DNA of 61,858 bases, counting the filler, from Aduncisulcus paluster (lineage: Eukaryota): assembly GCA_024181965.1 (NCBI GenBank). It is 5 parts of 5 records of this genome, joined end to end, with 100 filler letters (N's around TTAATTAATTAA, not from the genome) between each part and the next. Parts side by side here need not be neighbours in the genome. Positions count along the whole stretch, not along the records: positions 1 to 6,653 come from BQXS01011244.1; positions 6,754 to 14,977 come from BQXS01011245.1; 3 more parts are not named here. One strand, given 5' to 3'. The notes beneath the pieces were generated by a model. That model saw only the letters and a program-made list of their open reading frames with translations, made no database searches and had not been told where the DNA came from. The translations under genes were made by a program, and so were the position numbers. Below, one piece after another: positions 1 through 9,364 of the stretch (position 1 is the stretch's first letter; each line of letters opens with the position of its first letter).

Positions 1-1314
1 GGAGGATAATGCAGTGGTTGGGTTTGTTATTGTTGACCCTTTCTTTGGATGTTTAGATCGAAGGGGTTTATATATTTGTGACTGAGATGATCTTTCAGTT
101 AAATGTCCATGTTCACGATAACATTCTTGTGCCATCTCATTACCACGACTGGCATCCACAAGATGTGGTGATGCTTGTAATTGACTCGATGCATCTATTA
201 CTTGTGGTTCTTCTTTGTGTGACATTGGGAGAGAACAAGAGGGAAGGGGAAGAGGAAGGGTAGAGAGACGAAAGTTATGTAATTCACACCAATGGGTTCC
301 TTTGATACTTTCAATGCAGCGAATTTCAATGCTGATAATTCGTTTCTGAGAGATATCGGATGAAGATGGGTCATAGAGCTTAAAATCAATCAAATGCCAT
401 TCGTTTCGTTGGGAAACATCAGAGAGTTCAATTTCATAAGAAATCGACGATTTGTCATCAAAATACAGATAAATATCGAATAAATGTGGATAATTAGCAT
501 ATTTATCAATATAAATAAACAGAGAATCCAAAATTGAAGGGTGAGGTAGGGTTACAAAAAGGTTATAAAAATACAATCGGCCTATACCTTGCAAAAAGGG
601 CAATACATCAACTTCTGAACTATAAAATGCGTATTTCCCAGAGAATATCGTTTTCTTATTGTAATTTACAACAGATTTATCCGAGAATGGAGGAATGTTA
701 TCAGCATTGGTTATTGTTGTCTTCCTAGCTCTTTTTGCACGATCTTTTATGGTTTTTTTATATTTTACCAGCTTACTATGGCATTCTTCATCAGAGAGAA
801 CTATTCTAAATCCATTAATATCACACATCAAGGTGGCATTGTGGCTCAACAGACATTCTATGGAAAATGACTCAACATAATCGATATCAATGGGAATATA
901 ATACCATTCGTATTCAAAACGCTCGATTCGAGGGAAATAGCACTTCCTACGAATAGATTTACCGACTAATGATACAAATTTAAAATATAGATCTCGAGGT
1001 TGATTATCGGTCCCTTTAAGACAAATACATAAACTTTTTATCGAATGAGGCGATCTAAATTTAAAAAATAATTTGTTAAAACTTATATAATAACTATCTT
1101 CCAAAAACTTTTCTAACATGCCCAAATCACTCTTTCCATGAATATCTTCCATTTTTACCATCGTACTATCCAAATTTAATACTTTGGGATCCGATGATTT
1201 GAGAGGACCTTCCCATTTCCCCCCCTTTCTAAGAAAAAGTGGGTCGATAGATTCTGTACCACCTTCTGATGATACATATACCACAGAATTGTGTGTTTTA
1301 TCTTTTAAAGGCAT
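1..1314 (-). CDS. Protein with two tandem APC10/DOC-like beta-sandwich domains; 3'-partial, runs off the window start; not in the ORF track
   Basis: Manual translation from ATG 1314 is stop-free to base 1: MPLKDKTHNS...FFKFRSPHSIKSLCICLKGTDNQPRDLYF...EWYYIPIDIDYVESFSIECLLSHNATLMCDINGFRIV, then a second unit ...LFIYIDKYANYPHLFDIYL...NEWHLIDF...IISIEIRCIESIKGTHWCELHNFRL. Same residue pattern as 36090..37247. The domain name comes from by-eye comparison. Confidence 0.8.
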   Translation of the reverse strand, partial: MPLKDKTHNSVVYVSSEGGTESIDPLFLRKGGKWEGPLKSSDPKVLNLDSTMVKMEDIHGKSDLGMLEKFLEDSYYISFNKLFFKFRSPHSIKSLCICLKGTDNQPRDLYFKFVSLVGKSIRRKCYFPRIERFEYEWYYIPIDIDYVESFSIECLLSHNATLMCDINGFRIVLSDEECHSKLVKYKKTIKDRAKRARKTTITNADNIPPFSDKSVVNYNKKTIFSGKYAFYSSEVDVLPFLQGIGRLYFYNLFVTLPHPSILDSLFIYIDKYANYPHLFDIYLYFDDKSSISYEIELSDVSQRNEWHLIDFKLYDPSSSDISQKRIISIEIRCIESIKGTHWCELHNFRLSTLPLPLPSCSLPMSHKEEPQVIDASSQLQASPHLVDASRGNEMAQECYREHGHLTERSSQSQIYKPLRSKHPKKGSTITNPTTALSS

Positions 1315-1561
1315 ATTTATAATCAATTTAATTTAAAATATGTCATAGATGTAGCCAAATACAGCTATGTTTTCACATTTATAATTTAATCACTTTCTGC
1401 ATTATTCTATCAGATTTTGATGGCCTCAAATGTAATAATATTGCTCATCTATTAATATAGTATCATAAAAATATCGATTAAAATTGGAATACTCCATACT
1501 TTGCATTTTCTCGCGATAGAAAATAATTTGTTCCGTAAATTCATTATTTTCTTTTGTGTAA

Positions 1562-4500
1562 ATGTCTTTTACTGCGACTTTATTTGATTTTTTTGGACCT
1601 GTGAAAAAAGAAAAGAAGAAAACAAAAAAGCATGGGAAATTAGATACAAAAGGCAAATCAAGAGCTTCTCAAGGCAAAATAGAGGAAAAATCACATAAGA
1701 AGACGAAAGATGCTGTACTATTGCCCCAAAGTATGGATCCAGTCGAAGAAACTGTTCCCACAGCTTCCCTTGAATCATTTTCAGATATATACTCCAAGAT
1801 TGGGATCAATTCACAGTTAGAGGCTGAGTTACCGAAGAAAAAACGTGGAAATAGGGTAGCCAGGAAGCTTGATATTGAAAAAGAAGACTCTGGATTTTTA
1901 GAAGGTGAAAAAAAGAAAGAGAAGAAATTAAAAAGAAAATCCGTTCGTGAGGACCCTATTACTGATTCTTATGAAGATTCCGATGATATTTTTGCATCTA
2001 GTGAAGAGGAAGAAGATGCTCCATATCTTCCCGACGAGTACTCTTCTTCCAAGGATGATTATAAAGTTAACAAGCAAGATATTGAGGAATATGAGGAAAG
2101 ACAATCTCGAAAAGAACGATCACCGAGTCCAGAAAGGAGCTTTGATGAAGAAGAACTTGGGATAAAATCATTTTCTACTCCCATTAAGAAATCTCGAAAG
2201 AATATGCCGATTAAAACATCGAATCCTGTTCCCATGGCATCCACATTCACCCCCACAAAGATAATATCATCCTCATCTGACGATATATCTGAGTTTACTG
2301 CAACATCTCCTCCCCGTGCGAGGCAAGTTTCCCAGACTCGTGCATTCGCCCTATCCCTAGAAGGTCACAGCGATGGAATGTCAGCGGCAGAGAAATATCG
2401 GAAAAGATATTCCTGGACAATGGGAACCAATATCAAAGACTCCAAACGGAGAGATATTTCTGATCCTAACTTTGACAAGACATCCATCCATGTTCCAAGA
2501 AAGGCCTGGGAGTCTTTTACAAACTTTGAGACCCAATTCTGGAACATCAAGAAGGACTATTGGGATACTGTTCTGTTCTTTAAAAAGGGAAAGTTTTTCG
2601 AGTTGTACAGTAAGGATGCAGAAATTGGAGCTAAAGAACTTGGCCTCAAGCTAACGTATGCTCGTAATCTCGCTCTGTCAGGAGTGCCTGAAAACTCTTT
2701 CTTCCCCTTTTGTGCCAGACTACTACGTCTTGGATATGCCGTTGGAAGATGTGAACAAACAGAAACCTCATTGACGAGCGGGAAAAAGGCTCTTATAAAT
2801 AGAGAACTCGTTGAGATTTTGACATTAGGTACTTTGAGTGATCCTGCATTGGCTTCTGCCTCCTCTTCCTCTTCTTCCTCTTCCTCTTCTTCCTCTTCCT
2901 CTTCCTCTTCTTCTTCCAAGGCTGAGGAATTGGCAAGTTCAGGTCCTATTCTTAATACAGCACCGCAGTTAATTGCTATTTCTATTGCAAATGTTTGGGA
3001 GGAACCACACGGTTCAGGTTCGGTTGATGGAACCACTGATTTGAAATATGAAGACACTGGTTCAAGTCCGTCTGAAACCAATATTATTTCTCGAAGTGAA
3101 CAACAAGTTCTTGAGCGTGATATTCGTATCCAATTTGGTTATTGTGTCTTATGTTCGTCAACGGGTCACTGGAAAATATCCAGCATATCGGACGGTATCC
3201 ATTTGACACGGCTTACAACCCTCATTGCTCACGTCTCTCCCTCCGAAATCCTTCTATGTTTTGACTCAAGAACTGACGGATTTGATACAATCCATAAGTC
3301 GAAGAATATTGTTTTCCGTAGGATAATGACGCTCTTGCAAGGTTCAGTGATGCCGTCTCTCTTCTCTTTATGGGATATTTCTTCATATCCCAGTGTCAAA
3401 CAGCCCGCAATTCTGCATGATTTCTTCACTAGGAATGGTGTGAATGATATACTTCCCGGAAAGAGTCGACACTCTTCATCTTTCACCCTCTCACAACTCA
3501 GCTCTTCACTTGAGAAGATTATTAAGAAATATAAATGTGTTTCCACTGGCTTTGATGATGACGACTCGATATCCAAACACATGATGGACATGACTGTATG
3601 TTCATGTGTCGGTGTTGTCCAATATCTCGATCGTCTTCTTGTGCTCAAGAATATCATTCCATCTGTTGTTGTAAAACCAGACCGGTTGGCATTCTCATTT
3701 GTCTCCTCCATAAAGAATGATTCTGAAAAGGCCAAAAAAACAAGGATGCAAGAAACAGAAGAAGGAAAAGAAGAAGATGGAAAAGAAGAAGGAAAAGAAG
3801 AAGATTCTTTGGCACATGTTTCCTCTCCTCTCCTTTCAGAAACGTCAATAACACCAATGATTCTTGATGCCAGTGCCCTGGATGCTCTGTCCATCGTTTG
3901 TACATCTTCAGGGAGTCAAAGAGGATCACTCCTCGGAATGATTGTTCCACATTGTTCGACATCACAGGGAAAAAGGAAAACCAGAGACTGGTTGCTTGCT
4001 CCGTTGACCGATATTTCTAAAATTAGAGCTCGCCATGATGCCATTTCCTTCCTTTCTCAGTCTGAACATACTATGGGCAAGATCGCTGGTGGGTTACGTG
4101 GAATTTGTGATTTTGAACAAACGTTGGCTCGTGCAAAAAGTGGTAGAATTCGATTGAAAGATTTGATTCGGTTACGAAACTCTATCAAAAAGGGAGTTTC
4201 AGTTCTTCGATCAATCTTTGTTGTGGCCCAAGATGAGTTTAATAGCCTTCAAAAGTCATCGACAGTCAGAACAAACAGACATCTCCCACGTTCTTTCCCT
4301 TCTCTCCTCTCTTCCGCTCTCTCACAGACCTTAGTAAGGGAATGCTCAGAGTTTTTGTCTCTGTTTGATTCAATCTTCTCCTTCCAGCCAGAACTTGAGC
4401 ATCTGGGAGTTGTGTCCATTCCTCTCGGAACTATTGCTTATGGAACCCATGCAATGCTCCCCCTTATATCCATAAAACAAGGATTCTACAAGCCCTATGA

Positions 4501-6013
4501 TGCCCTGGTGATTCCTTATAGAGAACTGACATCTGGCATGGATGAATTCCTCGCACAAGTTAAAAGAGAGTGTCCGAGTGGAAAGTTTGTGTCAATCGGT
4601 AAAGAACGCTATATTATTGAGGTTAATAAGAAAGAATATGACATTGTGAAGAAAAGAAAGAAAGGCCGAATGTCCGATTCTCCTTTTGATCTTCTTGCAG
4701 CTCGTCAATTCAACCAAACATCGAAGGTCGTTCGGCTTTCGTTCCCCTGGGTAATCGGTGAGCTATCAAAATTGGTCGATGTCGAACAGCGTCTTGTCCA
4801 AGAAATGTACAATGCTCTCCGAAAGATCACAATGATGCTATTCCAAGACGAGGAAGTTATCGCTGAAACTGAGCCTTCCGAGAAAAAATATCCAAAGGCG
4901 ACCGGGGGGAAAAATACTTCTGCGTTGTCTTCCCTTGCTCTGTCCATCACCACTCTCGATGCCCTCAATGCAATTGCGACAGTTAGTAACATTGAAGGCT
5001 GGGTTCGTCCAATTGTCGTATCTGGCTATGGTCATTGTGATCACGTGGAAAAAGATGATTTTTATCCGTTTATTCATGCCAAAGAGCTCAAACATCCATG
5101 CCATCGTTTCATTTCAAGGCATTATGTGGCTAATGATGTGATATTGGGGAGAATACCGAAATATTTACAAAATGAAGAATATGAGAGACTTGATCTGTGG
5201 GAAAAAAATATTCTCAAAGAGTTTTCATCTGATTCCCATCCACAGAATCCTCAACTTTCAAAGCTGAGTATCATTACTGGCTCAAATTTGAGCGGAAAGA
5301 GTACGTTTTTGCGTCAACTTGGGCTGTGTGTTGTGATGTGTCAGGCTGGATTATTTGTTCCTTGTGAATCTTGCTGTGTTTCTGTGCATGACCGGGTGTT
5401 CACTCGCTGTGGTGCCGACGACAACAGTGCACAAGGTTTATCTACCTTCATGTTGGAGATGGTTGAGGTTTCTGAGGTGTTGTCGTTTGCTTCAGAGTCT
5501 TCTCTCATTCTGCTCGATGAAATTGGCCGAGGAACTGCAAGTTGTGATGGACAAGCAGTTGCCGGCGCTGTTGTTGACTGTGTAACGAAGGACATTGGTT
5601 GCGTTGGGGTCATCGCGACCCATTATCATGCTTTAGGAGCTGATGGAGCTGATAGTGGAATGGTCAATCTCACACACATGGGGAGTAATATTGAGGATCA
5701 AGAAACTCACTCTGCTATCATGTTTTCATATCATATGCTTCATGGACAGGCAGCACGGTCATTCGGCCCTGAAGTCGCTCTGTTGGCGGGAATACCTGCT
5801 GATATTGTTGCCAAAGCAAGGGGTTTGGCGATGCAAAAAGTTAAAGAAGATCGGATTGGAATGGAATATGCCCTTCAAACACACATTAAGAAAATTCTTG
5901 AATTGAAACGGTCCAAGTTGAAGAAATTCCAGGCAAAAGATATCCAATTGTTATGTGCTCAATTCATTGCTTCACTCGAGGCTGAACACTCATTATCTTC
6001 AGAATCTTTCTAA
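1562..6013 (+). CDS. MSH6: DNA mismatch repair protein MutS homolog 6
   Basis: Mismatch-binding motif FFKKGKFFELY (F-x-E, MSH6 type), Walker A GSNLSGKST, STFMLEM, Walker B LLDEIGRGT, ATHYH, C-terminal SFG...AGIP helix-turn-helix, and a long acidic N-terminus with a PIP-like TLFDFF. Confidence 0.95.
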   Translation: MSFTATLFDFFGPVKKEKKKTKKHGKLDTKGKSRASQGKIEEKSHKKTKDAVLLPQSMDPVEETVPTASLESFSDIYSKIGINSQLEAELPKKKRGNRVARKLDIEKEDSGFLEGEKKKEKKLKRKSVREDPITDSYEDSDDIFASSEEEEDAPYLPDEYSSSKDDYKVNKQDIEEYEERQSRKERSPSPERSFDEEELGIKSFSTPIKKSRKNMPIKTSNPVPMASTFTPTKIISSSSDDISEFTATSPPRARQVSQTRAFALSLEGHSDGMSAAEKYRKRYSWTMGTNIKDSKRRDISDPNFDKTSIHVPRKAWESFTNFETQFWNIKKDYWDTVLFFKKGKFFELYSKDAEIGAKELGLKLTYARNLALSGVPENSFFPFCARLLRLGYAVGRCEQTETSLTSGKKALINRELVEILTLGTLSDPALASASSSSSSSSSSSSSSSSSSSKAEELASSGPILNTAPQLIAISIANVWEEPHGSGSVDGTTDLKYEDTGSSPSETNIISRSEQQVLERDIRIQFGYCVLCSSTGHWKISSISDGIHLTRLTTLIAHVSPSEILLCFDSRTDGFDTIHKSKNIVFRRIMTLLQGSVMPSLFSLWDISSYPSVKQPAILHDFFTRNGVNDILPGKSRHSSSFTLSQLSSSLEKIIKKYKCVSTGFDDDDSISKHMMDMTVCSCVGVVQYLDRLLVLKNIIPSVVVKPDRLAFSFVSSIKNDSEKAKKTRMQETEEGKEEDGKEEGKEEDSLAHVSSPLLSETSITPMILDASALDALSIVCTSSGSQRGSLLGMIVPHCSTSQGKRKTRDWLLAPLTDISKIRARHDAISFLSQSEHTMGKIAGGLRGICDFEQTLARAKSGRIRLKDLIRLRNSIKKGVSVLRSIFVVAQDEFNSLQKSSTVRTNRHLPRSFPSLLSSALSQTLVRECSEFLSLFDSIFSFQPELEHLGVVSIPLGTIAYGTHAMLPLISIKQGFYKPYDALVIPYRELTSGMDEFLAQVKRECPSGKFVSIGKERYIIEVNKKEYDIVKKRKKGRMSDSPFDLLAARQFNQTSKVVRLSFPWVIGELSKLVDVEQRLVQEMYNALRKITMMLFQDEEVIAETEPSEKKYPKATGGKNTSALSSLALSITTLDALNAIATVSNIEGWVRPIVVSGYGHCDHVEKDDFYPFIHAKELKHPCHRFISRHYVANDVILGRIPKYLQNEEYERLDLWEKNILKEFSSDSHPQNPQLSKLSIITGSNLSGKSTFLRQLGLCVVMCQAGLFVPCESCCVSVHDRVFTRCGADDNSAQGLSTFMLEMVEVSEVLSFASESSLILLDEIGRGTASCDGQAVAGAVVDCVTKDIGCVGVIATHYHALGADGADSGMVNLTHMGSNIEDQETHSAIMFSYHMLHGQAARSFGPEVALLAGIPADIVAKARGLAMQKVKEDRIGMEYALQTHIKKILELKRSKLKKFQAKDIQLLCAQFIASLEAEHSLSSESF
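2860..2917 (+). repeat. TCC/TCT microsatellite encoding a poly-Ser insert in MSH6
   Basis: Directly visible (TCCTCT)n run. Similar poly-Ser tracts occur in the DOCK and other genes of this window. Confidence 0.85.
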
Positions 6014-6036
6014 AATATGTTTGATAGGTTAGTATT

Positions 6037-6297
6037 ATGACCTTTCAATCCAAGCCCAACAAGTATGCCGTTCCCATCCTTGCTGCCGCACGTGCCAAGC
6101 ATCGTGTGAAGCAGAAACAGCTTGAGACTTCTCGCCGTCAAGAGGAGCAACTTCGTCGGTCCTCATCATTTTCGATTCGTGAGAAGCAAAGAATGGCTTT
6201 ATTCCTTCTGGAAGGTGTTCATTCGCATGATGTTGATTATAGTGTGAGTCTACAGCCCTTGCAAGGAGATGCATATGGGTGTGTCCACGAGCTGTGA
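6037..6297 (+). CDS. Small basic hypothetical protein: 86 aa here, about 110 aa if the 4-bp variant seen in the copy near 14882 is used
   Basis: ATG lies 23 nt after the MSH6 stop and GC content is coding-like. No recognisable homology. Confidence 0.35.
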   Translation: MTFQSKPNKYAVPILAAARAKHRVKQKQLETSRRQEEQLRRSSSFSIREKQRMALFLLEGVHSHDVDYSVSLQPLQGDAYGCVHEL

Positions 6298-6653
6298 GTG
6301 TTGGGCATGTCGTGAGGGCTGCAGATTGGAAGGTTGAAGATCTCGCCGGAATCCCTCTCGAATGATGATACTGAAGAATAATGGGACTCATATCAATGAT
6401 ATGATATCATGGTAGGAGACCAAATTTCTCCAGTTTCAAGATCGAACAAATCAAAATAATAAACTTTATAAAACTGTTGATAATGGACCACAGCAATCTG
6501 TATTCTCTTCAACGATATGATTATCTATCTCCTATCTTCATCATTTATCAGTGTGTGAGCGAAACGCTGCATCAAGAAAGAAAGACTGAAAAGCGCCATC
6601 GGTAGGACTCGAACCTACGACCTACCGGTTAACAGCCGGGTGCTCTAACCAAC
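6195..6653. repeat. About 460-bp segment identical in reverse complement to 14514..14977 except for one 4-bp indel
   Basis: Direct sequence comparison. Both copies end at linker gaps. Confidence 0.92.
6594..6653 (-). tRNA. tRNA-Asn(GTT), 5'-truncated by the gap; probably the same locus as 14501..14574
   Basis: Exact reverse complement of the 3' 60 nt of the tRNA at 14501..14574. Confidence 0.85.
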
Positions 6654-6753
6654 NNNNNNNNNNNNNNNNNNNNNNNNNNNNNNNNNNNNNNNNNNNNTTA
6701 ATTAATTAANNNNNNNNNNNNNNNNNNNNNNNNNNNNNNNNNNNNNNNNNNNN
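6654..6753. other. Artificial 100-nt contig linker N-TTAATTAATTAA-N; also at 14978..15077, 40223..40322 and 58193..58292
   Basis: The same six-frame-stop 12-mer embedded in Ns, 100 nt long at each of four sites. Confidence 0.97.
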
Positions 6754-7428
6754 TTCCCTCACTTTCGTGCCATGCATGACGGAACAATTGCAACCGACTC
6801 TTCCGTAGCTTTAAGACCTGAATTACCCCCTCTCAAATTATCTCCTCCCTCTGCTTCCTCTACCTCTTCCTCTCCTTATTCCTCTGGTTCAGGCTCAGGC
6901 TCAGGCTCAGGCTCTGGTTTAGGTTCAGCTATGTTCTCCTCCCCTCCTCAACCTCCTCAAGCCTCTGGTGCTCCCGTTGCGATGACAGGTGCTCCCGTTG
7001 CGATGACACAATCTCTTGGTACAAAGAATTCCACAACTTCTGCCCCTTCCCTGCAATCATCAAGGTTTAGCTCTTTTCATGGTTGCTCAGATGTGCCTGT
7101 GTATAACAAATCATCTATCAGTGCCCCTCTCTCTGGTATGTATCATGGCTTCAGTAAGATCTCGAGCTCCACTGGAAGCAACCCTCTGTCCTCTTTCACC
7201 CCTTCTGTTAGCACCTTATCCTCTCCCTTTGAGTCAGCTAGAGAAGCCCACCCACCTGCTCTCAATACTTGGAGTAGTCGTCGAGATATACCTGTCTTGC
7301 CGCTTTCTGATGTTTTGGCGCAGAGAATGAGCCATTTTGATTCTTGTGCCCCCGTTTCCTCTAGCGGAGACAGTACTGTTTCCTCTTCTATCTCTAATTC
7401 TCCTGATATCTCTGATAAACTTTTATGA
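6754..7428 (+). CDS. C-terminal part of a Ser/Pro/Gly-rich low-complexity protein; 5'-truncated by the linker
   Basis: The frame is open back to the gap. Contains a GSGSGS run and a 21-bp tandem duplication (GAPVAMT x2, 6967..7008). Confidence 0.55.
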   Translation, partial: FPHFRAMHDGTIATDSSVALRPELPPLKLSPPSASSTSSSPYSSGSGSGSGSGSGLGSAMFSSPPQPPQASGAPVAMTGAPVAMTQSLGTKNSTTSAPSLQSSRFSSFHGCSDVPVYNKSSISAPLSGMYHGFSKISSSTGSNPLSSFTPSVSTLSSPFESAREAHPPALNTWSSRRDIPVLPLSDVLAQRMSHFDSCAPVSSSGDSTVSSSISNSPDISDKLL

Positions 7429-8291
7429 GATGATAGATTAGTACTAGGCAGTCTTTTGTTTTTTAATGTATCGATTGATGATGATTCTTCTGCCCTCCTT
7501 ATTTTTTTTTTTTGCCTGTTTGTTTCTCAACCTCTAATTATAGATCCATTTACCCTCACTCCCATGTTTGCAGGAGTTTGTAGGAGTTTTTTATTCCCCT
7601 TGTTTTTTCTGTTTTTTGATTTCCTCTTTTTTTTAATTAACCCACTCTGTTTCCGTTAGTTCTTGACCAAGTTAATTCGTTCAATACTTAATAATACACT
7701 TTAGTACAGTTAACGTACAGTATATTTTGTATATGCCCACCATAGGTCACTTATAAATAATTTTATAATTTATATCCAGATTTTACAATTATTACAATGA
7801 GAAACCATTGAGTCGAAATGATGGAATTTTTTATTCTTTTTTATATTATTCTTACTTATATTATGCTTTTCCAGTTTCGTACTCCTCTCTCTCTTCTCCT
7901 TCCTTTATTTTGAAATATTCGATTTCGGACTTTTGTTGTATTGACCTTTTGTAGTTTCTTCCTTATCCTTTAATCCCTTCCCAGACCAACCTATTACCAA
8001 CCATAATAAATCCAACCATTAATTATAGGACAGTATAGTATGTATTATATTATTGTATTCACTGAATTAGAGCGGAATTGTCTCACTCCCAATGCCATTG
8101 CCAGTGGCAATCGAGAAAAATGCTGACGTCATTTTTATTCTTTTTCTTTTATCATCTTTCGAGAACAAAAAATCTTTATTTTTTATATTTTTCTACAAAT
8201 CCCGATAATTATTCTCGTGGACTAAGAAAGGAAAGAAAACAACCCCGGTTTTTTATTTTGCTGATTTGTCACATTATATTCTTTGTTTTTG

Positions 8292-9119
8292 ATGAATTTT
8301 TCCTTAAAACAGTTTTTATTAGTGTTTTTTGCCATAATTGTCCTTACTTATGCAAAGAAGAAGGCTATATGCCACGATCATGTCATTGAGATCCAAGGTT
8401 ATGGTTTTGACATTGATAAACTCACAAATAACGAAGAAGATTACTCTTATATGATTGGTACTGACACCATCTTTGTTAATTTCCTTCGTAACTTCCCTAC
8501 AGACTCTAATGAAGCACCAGATGCTTATTACAATAATGAATGTGCTTCCACCGCTTCTTGCGTTCGGTCCAGTGCAACCATTGGTGTCATGTCTTTCCTT
8601 AATTATGGTCAAGAAATTACTCTTGACCAAATGAGTATAAACGGAACTCCTATTAGTGGAATGCAGCTTACTGAAGGATTTTCTCTTCGTTCTGGTGTGA
8701 GTACTCACACTACAACTCCAACCAAAACGTATTCTATCATTAATGTCATTGGAACTTCAGGTGATTCCGTGACAACCGACGGGTCGATTACAACTGAAAC
8801 CGATGGAACCCAATATGTCACCTTCAAACTTTATACTCCTAACGGGTATCCCCTTTATACTCCTGATACCAAAGAGACCGTATGTACTCCACCCGGCTGG
8901 AGTTGGGGATCTGTCTTCTGTCTGGTTCTTCTCTGTTTAGCTGGAGCTTATATCATTGTCGGAATGATTTTGGGAAGCGTTTACAGGAAAGGTTGTCACT
9001 ATCATTCTGAATTTTGGAGCGAATTTCCTGGTCTTGTTATTGACGGAATTCTTTTCATTTGGAACAAGATTACTGGATGTGGTAAGAGTAATGTTGAAGG
9101 AAGATATGAGGCAATATAA
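8292..9119 (+). CDS. Type I membrane protein of the cation-dependent mannose-6-phosphate receptor / Atg27 family
   Basis: Signal peptide, Cys-containing lumenal domain, TM segment (WGSVFCLVLLCLAGAYIIVG), family tail HSEFWSEFPGLVIDGILF and terminal YEAI (YxxPhi). First ATG is at 8292. Confidence 0.8.
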   Translation: MNFSLKQFLLVFFAIIVLTYAKKKAICHDHVIEIQGYGFDIDKLTNNEEDYSYMIGTDTIFVNFLRNFPTDSNEAPDAYYNNECASTASCVRSSATIGVMSFLNYGQEITLDQMSINGTPISGMQLTEGFSLRSGVSTHTTTPTKTYSIINVIGTSGDSVTTDGSITTETDGTQYVTFKLYTPNGYPLYTPDTKETVCTPPGWSWGSVFCLVLLCLAGAYIIVGMILGSVYRKGCHYHSEFWSEFPGLVIDGILFIWNKITGCGKSNVEGRYEAI

Positions 9120-9364
9120 GTGTGAAAACCTTATTTTACTAATTAGTTTGTTGAAAATGAACTCTTTTTATGAATAAACTAGAAATTCGGAAATCACCTT
9201 AACCATTCAAATAAAAGATAGTTAATATTCATATTTTAAAATGTATAAATTGATGTTCAACAATTGAATGGTGCATAGTTATAAAATCATTCAGTTTGTG
9301 TTGTGAGATTCAAAAGTATTTATTTGTCTGATTTAACTTTTTAACGATTTTTTGAAGGGATATT

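Noticed and set aside
6698..6709. TTAATTAATTAA palindrome recurring four times
   Set aside because: It always sits inside Ns in a fixed 100-nt block. It is a six-frame-stop linker, so gene adjacency across it is unreliable.
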